Source: Megasphaera elsdenii DSM 20460
GTDB lineage: Bacteria > Bacillota > Negativicutes > Veillonellales > Megasphaeraceae
Direction: 5' to 3'
Assembly: GCF_003010495.1 (NCBI RefSeq)
Contig: NZ_CP027570.1
Location: 1,740,001 to 1,772,000 of the forward strand
Length of the DNA stretch: 32,000 bases
Positions 25,641 through 32,000 of the stretch are shown here, one piece after another. Under the pieces are notes generated by a model. It made no database searches and was not told the origin of the DNA. It worked only from the letters and a program-made list of their open reading frames with translations. A program made the position numbers and the translations under genes. Numbering within the stretch: position 1 is the first letter of the stretch; each line of letters opens with the position of its first letter.

Positions 25641-27098
25641 ATGGCTGATAACAAAGAAAAACTTGTCGAACAGGAAAAAGAAAAACTGGCAGAAGAACGC
25701 CAGAAAATCGATACCTTTGCTGATTTCGGCAATATGTATAATTTTAAGAAAGATTTCACCTATTCCTATAAGACCGATGCCGGCCTGACGGAAGATATCG
25801 TCCGCGAAATTTCCGAAAAGAAACACGAACCGGAATGGATGCTCAATTTCCGCCTCAAATCGCTGGACATCTTCAACCATATGGACTATCCTGATTGGGG
25901 TCCGGATATCAGCGAACTCGATATGGATAACATCGTCACCTACGTCCGCCCGAACGCTCAGATGAAAGCTGACTGGAACGACGTACCGGATGACATCAAA
26001 GATACCTTCGACCGCCTGGGGATCCCGGAAGCCGAAAAGACATCCCTCGCCGGCGTCGGCGCCCAGTACGACTCGGAAGTCGTCTATCACAGCATCCAGG
26101 ACGAACTGGTCCAGCAGGGCGTCGTCTACACCGACTTCGATACGGCCCTTGAAAAATATGAAGACATCGTCAAGGCCCACTTCATGAAGCTCGTCCCGCC
26201 GACGGATCACAAGTTCGCCGCCCTTCACGGTGCCGTCTGGTCCGGTGGCTCCTTCGTCTATGTACCGGCCGGCGTCGACGTCTCCATCCCACTGCAGAGC
26301 TATTTCCGTCTCAATGCACCGGGTGCAGGCCAGTTCGAACATACCATGATTATCGTCGAAAAGGGAGCCAAGGTCCACTTCATCGAAGGCTGTTCGGCGC
26401 CGAAATACAATGTCGCCAACCTTCATGCGGGCTGTGTTGAATTGTTCATCGGTGACGATGCATCCCTGACCTATTCGACCATCGAAAACTGGTCCAAGAA
26501 TATGTACAACCTCAATACCAAACGGGCCATCGTCGGCAAGAACGGCACTATCAACTGGGTCACCGGTTCCTTCGGCTCCCACACGTCGTGCCTCTATCCC
26601 ATGAGTATCCTCCAGGGCGAAGGCGCTCATTGCGAATTTACCGGCGTCACCTTTGCCGGCAAGGGCCAGTACCTCGATACGGGCTCGAAAGTCGTCCACA
26701 ATGCGCCGAATACGACGAGCAACATCAACTCCAAATCCATCAGCAAGAGCGGCGGCGTCTGCATCTATCGCGGCAGTGTCGTCATCAATCCGCCGGCTGA
26801 CGGTGCCAAAGCCAACGTCAGCTGCGAATCGCTCATGCTCGACGAAGAATCGCAGTCCGATACGATTCCGGCTATCGTCGTCAAGAACGACAATATCGAC
26901 CTCGGCCATGAAGCTTCCATCGGCCGCATTTCCGATGATGCTATCTTCTACCTCATGAGCCGCGGCCTCAGCGAAGATGAAGCGCGGGCTATGCTCGTCC
27001 GGGGCTTCGTCGAACCGGTATCCAAGGCCCTGCCTCTGGAATATGCCGTCGAAATGAACAACCTGATCAATCTCGAACTCAAAGGTTCGTTGAAATAG
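25641..27098 (+). CDS. sufB: Fe-S cluster assembly scaffold protein
   Basis: 485 aa. Position after sufC and typical SufB sequence (FIEGCSAP, HEASIGRI). Confidence 0.92.
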   Translation: MADNKEKLVEQEKEKLAEERQKIDTFADFGNMYNFKKDFTYSYKTDAGLTEDIVREISEKKHEPEWMLNFRLKSLDIFNHMDYPDWGPDISELDMDNIVTYVRPNAQMKADWNDVPDDIKDTFDRLGIPEAEKTSLAGVGAQYDSEVVYHSIQDELVQQGVVYTDFDTALEKYEDIVKAHFMKLVPPTDHKFAALHGAVWSGGSFVYVPAGVDVSIPLQSYFRLNAPGAGQFEHTMIIVEKGAKVHFIEGCSAPKYNVANLHAGCVELFIGDDASLTYSTIENWSKNMYNLNTKRAIVGKNGTINWVTGSFGSHTSCLYPMSILQGEGAHCEFTGVTFAGKGQYLDTGSKVVHNAPNTTSNINSKSISKSGGVCIYRGSVVINPPADGAKANVSCESLMLDEESQSDTIPAIVVKNDNIDLGHEASIGRISDDAIFYLMSRGLSEDEARAMLVRGFVEPVSKALPLEYAVEMNNLINLELKGSLK

Positions 27099-27113
27099 GG
27101 GAGGAGGAACATC

Positions 27114-28250
27114 ATGGCAGTAAAGACAGAAAAAATCCAGTACAACCAACTCCCGCGTCCGACCTTCCGCTGGATGAAGGTCAATCACTTGGAATTGGAC
27201 CCCTTGAAAGCCCAGGCTCTCCCGGCTTACACGCCGGAAGAACGTCACGATGGCGAAGCAGCTGTCGCTTTCTATGAAGGCAACCAGATTGTAGGCCTCA
27301 ATGATTTCCAGGGTTCCAATGCGGAAGAACTTCAAAAAGCACTGAACCAGGCCAATTCCGGCTGCGCCGTCAGCGTCGGCGAAAACCAGAAAGGGTCGGT
27401 CCATCTCAAATACAGCCTCAGCGCCGATATGCCTCAGCTCACGGCACAGCTCAAAATCGAAGCGGCTGCCCACAGCGACTTGACCGTTTATCTGGAATTT
27501 GACGGCGATGCCGAAGACGGTTCCGTCAATTTCCTGACCTTCGTCAAGACCGGCGAAGGCGCTCACGTCAAAATCAGCAAGGTCCAGCTCAACGGCGAAC
27601 ACGTCCGCCACGTCGAACACCGCTATGGCGATGCCGGCAAAGAAAGCACCATCGACTACGTCAGTGCCGAATTGGGCGGCAAAGCAGCCATTGTCTACTA
27701 CAAGACAGACCTCATGCAGGATGAAAGTAATTTCAATAGCCAGGCCATGTACCTCGGCCATGACGACCAGATCGTCGACTTCTCTTACTGGGTTCCGACG
27801 CAGGGCGTCAAGACCAATACGGATATCCTGACGACAGGCGCTCTCCTCGATACGTCGAAGAAATTCTTCCGCGGTACCATCGACTTCCTCCGCGGCGGCA
27901 AGAAGGCTGTCGGCTCCGAATCGGATACGTGCATCCTGCTCAGCCCAAAGGTCCATTCCATTTCCGTACCGCTCCTCCTCTGCAAAGAAGATGACGTCGT
28001 CGGGAATCACGCTTCCAGTGCCGGCCAGATCGATAAAGACAAGCTCTTCTACCTCATGAGCCGCGGCTTCAACGAAAGCGGTGCCCAGCTGATCATCGTC
28101 GAATCGAACATCCGCCCGGTCATCGATGCTTTGGGCGATAAAGATTTAGAAAATAGAGCGCTCCAGGCTGTCCGTGAAAAGATGCAGTTCTGCCGCAAGA
28201 AAGGTGATTGTCATGCTAAATGTACGCAAAGATTTCCCCATCTTGACTAA
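27114..28250 (+). CDS. sufD: Fe-S cluster assembly protein SufD
   Basis: 378 aa SufB paralogue (GNHASSAGQID, LFYLMSRG) between sufB and sufS. Confidence 0.85.
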   Translation: MAVKTEKIQYNQLPRPTFRWMKVNHLELDPLKAQALPAYTPEERHDGEAAVAFYEGNQIVGLNDFQGSNAEELQKALNQANSGCAVSVGENQKGSVHLKYSLSADMPQLTAQLKIEAAAHSDLTVYLEFDGDAEDGSVNFLTFVKTGEGAHVKISKVQLNGEHVRHVEHRYGDAGKESTIDYVSAELGGKAAIVYYKTDLMQDESNFNSQAMYLGHDDQIVDFSYWVPTQGVKTNTDILTTGALLDTSKKFFRGTIDFLRGGKKAVGSESDTCILLSPKVHSISVPLLLCKEDDVVGNHASSAGQIDKDKLFYLMSRGFNESGAQLIIVESNIRPVIDALGDKDLENRALQAVREKMQFCRKKGDCHAKCTQRFPHLD

Positions 28251-29433
28251 AGTCCATAATGGACATCAGATCGTTTACTTTGATAATGCTGCGACGACGC
28301 AGAAACCGTACCAGGTCATCCACGCCATCGTAGACCTCCTGGAACACCACAACGGCAATCCCCATCGCGGCGCCCACGTCCTCAGCATCGAAGCTGGTGA
28401 ATTGTACGACGAAGCCCGCGAAGCAGTCCGTAAATTCATCAATGCCGCTTCGACGGAAGAAGTCATCTTCGTCCGCAATACGACAGAAGCGCTGAACCTC
28501 GTAGCCCGCAGCTATGCAGAACCGCGCCTGAAGAAGGGCGATAAGATCGTCATTCCCATTTCGGAACATCATTCCGACCTGGTCACGTGGCAGCGCGTCT
28601 GCCAGAAGACCGGGGCTGAACTCGATTACATGTACCTCGACGAAGAAGGCCACTTCACCGAAGAAGACCTGGCCAAGATCGACGACAAGACGAAAATCGT
28701 CGCCTTTGCCGCCGTCAGCAACGTCTTCGGCATGAAACGCCCGGTCAAGGAAATCGTCGCCAAAGCCCATGCTGTCGGTGCCATTGCCATCGTCGACGGC
28801 GCGCAGTCGACGCCGCATATGAAGACCGACGTCCAGGATATGGACTGCGACTTCTTCGCTTTCTCCGGCCACAAGATGTGCGGCTCTGCCAGCACTGGCG
28901 TCCTCTACGGCAAGAAAGCCATTTTGGAAGGCATGGAACCGTTCCTCCTCGGCGGCGATATGATTGAATACGTCAAAGAACAGTCGACGACGTTCAACGA
29001 ACTGCCCTTTAAATTTGAAGCAGGTTCCCAGAACGTCGAAGGCGCCGTTGCCCTGCACGCTGCTATCGACTATCTGGAAGATTTGGGCATGGACAATATC
29101 GAAGCCCATGAAGAAGAACTGACCCGCCACTGCCTGGAAGGGATGAAGAGGATTCCCCATATCCACATCATCGGCAGCACGGATCCGGCTGAAAAGACTG
29201 GCGTCATCACCTTCACCATCGACGGCGTCCATCCTCATGACGCAGCGACCATCCTGGACAGCTTCGGCATCGCCATCCGTTCAGGCCACCACTGCGCTCA
29301 GCCTTTAGGTGCTCATTTGGGCGTAGAAGCTTCCAACCGTGCCAGCTTCTATATCTACAATACCCTGGAAGAAGTCGATTACTTCCTGGAAAAACTGCCC
29401 CTCGTCCGCAAGCAGATGGGTTTTAAAGACTAA
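28213..29433 (+). CDS. sufS: Cysteine desulfurase, SufS type
   Basis: PLP-Lys motif FSGHKM and active-site RSGHHCAQP. I prefer ATG 28213 (MLNVRKDFPIL), which overlaps the sufD end. Confidence 0.92.
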   Translation: MLNVRKDFPILTKVHNGHQIVYFDNAATTQKPYQVIHAIVDLLEHHNGNPHRGAHVLSIEAGELYDEAREAVRKFINAASTEEVIFVRNTTEALNLVARSYAEPRLKKGDKIVIPISEHHSDLVTWQRVCQKTGAELDYMYLDEEGHFTEEDLAKIDDKTKIVAFAAVSNVFGMKRPVKEIVAKAHAVGAIAIVDGAQSTPHMKTDVQDMDCDFFAFSGHKMCGSASTGVLYGKKAILEGMEPFLLGGDMIEYVKEQSTTFNELPFKFEAGSQNVEGAVALHAAIDYLEDLGMDNIEAHEEELTRHCLEGMKRIPHIHIIGSTDPAEKTGVITFTIDGVHPHDAATILDSFGIAIRSGHHCAQPLGAHLGVEASNRASFYIYNTLEEVDYFLEKLPLVRKQMGFKD

Positions 29434-29447
29434 GGAGATAGAGAGTC

Positions 29448-29885
29448 ATGGAAAATATGAACGAATTGTATTCCGACATCATCTTGGAACACAATCAGTG
29501 TCAGGAAAACAAACATCCCCTGGAAGATGCCAACCTCAGCGAACACGGCCATAACCCCAGCTGTGGTGATGACATCACCCTCCAGGCCGACATCCAGGAC
29601 GGCGTCATCAAAGACGCCGCCTATACCGGCCACGGCTGTGCCATCAGCCAGGCTTCGGCGGACATCATGATCGACCTCATCAAGGGCAAGACCGTCAAAG
29701 AAGCCCTGCGTCTGGTCGACCTCTTCCTGGATATGATCAAAAGGGAAGTTACAGATGATGACAAGTTGGAAGAACTGGAAGATGCCATCGCTCTGAAGAA
29801 CATCTCCAACATGCCGGCCCGCGTAAAATGCGCCGTTCTGGCATGGCATACCCTGAAAGATGCCCTGGAACGGGAAGAAAAGTAG
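29448..29885 (+). CDS. sufU: SufU-type sulfur-transfer/scaffold protein
   Basis: 145 aa. Motifs GHNPSCGDD, GHGCAIS and RVKCAVLAW. Confidence 0.9.
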   Translation: MENMNELYSDIILEHNQCQENKHPLEDANLSEHGHNPSCGDDITLQADIQDGVIKDAAYTGHGCAISQASADIMIDLIKGKTVKEALRLVDLFLDMIKREVTDDDKLEELEDAIALKNISNMPARVKCAVLAWHTLKDALEREEK

Positions 29886-29927
29886 GAGATACTCGCCAGC
29901 GTCCCGTTTGTGGGAATCCCGTAAATC

Positions 29928-29984
29928 AAAAGAGGCTGTTGCATTAAGCACATGTTTTTGCTTAATGCAACAGCCTCTTTTGCG
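29928..29984. terminator. Bidirectional terminator shared by sufU (+) and lgt (-)
   Basis: Perfect 22-bp stem AAGAGGCTGTTGCATTAAGCA / TGCTTAATGCAACAGCCTCTT (29929-29979), flanked by an A-run and a T-run. Confidence 0.85.
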
Positions 29985-30007
29985 TGTACAGAGATTCAGG
30001 CGGGCCG

Positions 30008-30068
30008 CCTTTCAGGACGGCCCCTACGATGCAGCCAACAGGCCACTAGCCACGAACCACTAGCCACT
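30008..30068 (-). repeat. Heptad array + GTAGGGG/GC-hairpin copy; the lgt stop codon lies inside the array
   Basis: Minus strand reads CAGTGGC TAGTGGT TCGTGGC TAGTGGC CTGTTGG CTGCATC GTAGGGG CCGTCCTGAAAGGCGGCCC. Confidence 0.8.
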
Positions 30069-30848
30069 GATTTTTTCATCCACATTCCCCTTGAACTGTA
30101 GAACGATGAAAATGACCAGAGCGATGACAAAGGCGATGACGCTAGTCATCTGAGCCGATTTCAAGCCTAATGTCAGGTTGACGTAGTCGCCGCGGAGAAA
30201 TTCCAGGAAGAACCGTTCGACGGCGTAGAGCATGACATACAGGCAGAAGACCTGGCCCTTCTTGTGGGGGAAGCAGCTGTACAGGAGGAGGGCGACGAAG
30301 ACTAATACGTCGGCCTGGCCTTCCCAGATTTCGGCCGGCCACAAGGGCTGACTGCCGTAGGTGTGATAAGCCAGCGTCGTGTCGGGATAGACGATGCCGA
30401 AGTCACCGCCTGTAGGATGGCCGAAGGCGTCGCCGTTCATGAGATTGGCCATGCGGCCGATGGACTGGCCCAGGATGATAGCCGGTGCCAGGAGGTCGGC
30501 AAAGGCCCAGGTGTCGATGTGATGGTATTTGGTATACACGATGCCGGCGATGGCGCCGAAGAGCAGGCCACCCTGGATGGCCATGCCGCCCTGCCAGACG
30601 TAGGGGATTTCTGCCAGGTGGTTGTGGTAGTACGGCCAGTCGAAGAAGAAGACGTCCCACAGCCGGCCGCCGACGATGCCTGACAGGCCGCAGTACATGG
30701 TGAAATCAAAGATGTGGACGTGCCAGCCCCGGCCGTCGTGCTTCATGATATAGTAAGCCGTGATACCGGCAGAGACGATGCCCAGCATGAACAACAGCCC
30801 GTAAGCCCGGATCGGGAAAGAACCGATAAAAAATAGATATTGATGCAA
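30060..30848 (-). CDS. lgt: Prolipoprotein diacylglyceryl transferase
   Basis: Motifs GGRLWDVFF and GRMANLMNGDAFGHPT. I prefer TTG 30848 (AAGGGG RBS 9 nt upstream) over ATG 30884, which overlaps a divergent promoter. Confidence 0.85.
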   Translation of the reverse strand: MHQYLFFIGSFPIRAYGLLFMLGIVSAGITAYYIMKHDGRGWHVHIFDFTMYCGLSGIVGGRLWDVFFFDWPYYHNHLAEIPYVWQGGMAIQGGLLFGAIAGIVYTKYHHIDTWAFADLLAPAIILGQSIGRMANLMNGDAFGHPTGGDFGIVYPDTTLAYHTYGSQPLWPAEIWEGQADVLVFVALLLYSCFPHKKGQVFCLYVMLYAVERFFLEFLRGDYVNLTLGLKSAQMTSVIAFVIALVIFIVLQFKGNVDEKISG

Positions 30849-30973
30849 TATAAAACACCCCTTTGTTGTGGTATAATGAAACAATGTGAACAGAACCTGA
30901 ATAGGTTCACGGTTACCATAGAATTATACAGGATTGAAGAGTTTTTTCCAATCCTCATGAGGAGCAAATGACG

Positions 30974-32000
30974 ATGAAATACAACCATGTTATGCGGACG
31001 TCCTGCCTGGCCGCCTTGATCTGTCTGTCCCTGAGCGCTGTTTCCTTGGCCAATGGCCCGGTCACCGACAGTGCCAAGGCCTCGGACCCGGCTTTCAGCG
31101 TGCCTGTCGTGTCCAATCCGATTCCCAATGAAGCCATCAAAGATTTAGAAATCGTCGAAGACCAGGGCCGCTGGCTCGTCTCGGATAAAGCGCTGGAACA
31201 ATACGGCATCCGCGAAGCCGACCATGCCAAGGGGACGTACTGGTTCCGCCTGCCGAAGGCCCGGAACGGTTCGACGGCCTGGCAGAATGAAAATGTACAG
31301 CTGACCTTGCCGGGACGGGCTGTCAGCGGCGGCCGGACCATCAATATCCGCCATGTCCGCCGTCCACTGGGCATCAGCTATGTCCTGGGCAACGGGACGA
31401 CAGAAAAGAACGAACTCCTGCCGCCGTCCCAGCCCGTCCATACGGTACCGGAACTCCGCGAGGTGCAGGATGCGGCCCCGGCAGCAGTGAAAGAAGGGAA
31501 GATGGGGACGGTCCTCTTCTGGGACCCTGTCATGAAGGAAGACGCCAACCTGCCGTCCTTACAGACACACCAGCCTGTCATGTCTCCCTGCGCTTTCCGT
31601 CTGACTGAAAGCGGCATCGAACTGCGCAATCCCGACTTCGATATGCTGGCTTCGACGTATACCAGCAAGGGATACGCCATGTGGCCTTTGCTCGACAATA
31701 ATTTCAACCCCAAACTGACCCATCAGATCCTGAGCAACAGCCGCCTCCAGGATACCATGGTCCGCCAGCTCGTCGGCTACGCTTTATTATATGATTTCAA
31801 AGGATATAACATCGATTTTGAAAACATCAATTACAGCGATAAAGACGCTTTGACGGCTTTTGTAGCCAAGATTTCCCAGGCCTGCCATGCCTACGGCATC
31901 AAGCTTTCCATGGATGTCACGCCTCTTTCGGACAGTCCCAACTGGTCCCTCGTCTATGACCGGGCGGCCCTGGCCCCGCATCTCGACTACCTCATGGTCA
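30974..32000 (+). CDS. Secreted glycoside hydrolase family 18-like protein (5' part; runs off the window)
   Basis: Signal peptide MKYNHVMRTSCLAALICLSLSAVSLA. GH18 catalytic-type motif FKGYNIDFENI. GAGGAG RBS at 30959-30964. No stop before the window end, so it is absent from the ORF track. Confidence 0.7.
   Translation, partial: MKYNHVMRTSCLAALICLSLSAVSLANGPVTDSAKASDPAFSVPVVSNPIPNEAIKDLEIVEDQGRWLVSDKALEQYGIREADHAKGTYWFRLPKARNGSTAWQNENVQLTLPGRAVSGGRTINIRHVRRPLGISYVLGNGTTEKNELLPPSQPVHTVPELREVQDAAPAAVKEGKMGTVLFWDPVMKEDANLPSLQTHQPVMSPCAFRLTESGIELRNPDFDMLASTYTSKGYAMWPLLDNNFNPKLTHQILSNSRLQDTMVRQLVGYALLYDFKGYNIDFENINYSDKDALTAFVAKISQACHAYGIKLSMDVTPLSDSPNWSLVYDRAALAPHLDYLMV

Overview
Mostly housekeeping chromosomal DNA from a moderately GC-rich Firmicute with strong GC3 codon bias. 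SCIFF, Suf and Lgt content suggests Clostridia or Negativicutes; the lineage is a guess. Gene order on +: aldehyde dehydrogenase, malic enzyme, glycerophosphodiesterase, alanine:cation symporter, nadA-nadB-nadC, mutY, a metallophosphoesterase, a nucleoid-associated protein, uvrB (frameshifted)-uvrA-uvrC, a DUF3298-like secreted protein, rubredoxin, a SCIFF peptide with its radical-SAM maturase, and sufCBDSU. On -: a solo IS200/IS605-family TnpB element between nadC and mutY, and lgt. A GH18-like gene runs off the right edge. The ORF track misses three things: the 46-aa SCIFF precursor, the split uvrB, and the edge-truncated GH18 gene. The least explained signal is non-coding. A dispersed family of 7-nt-periodic elements (T[A/C]GTNNN heptads, a GATGGCT/TTAAATTT core, sometimes a GTAGGGG + GC hairpin) sits at 8 or more loci, always between a stop codon and the next terminator or gene, so probably in transcribed 3' UTRs. 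I do not recognise it as any described repeat class. Other items worth a second look: the TnpB element with matching LE/RE hairpins and a likely omega-RNA region, a structured nadA leader, and an orphan promoter firing into a hairpin. No tRNA, rRNA or CRISPR array was seen. All calls come from reading the sequence and translations; no searches were run.
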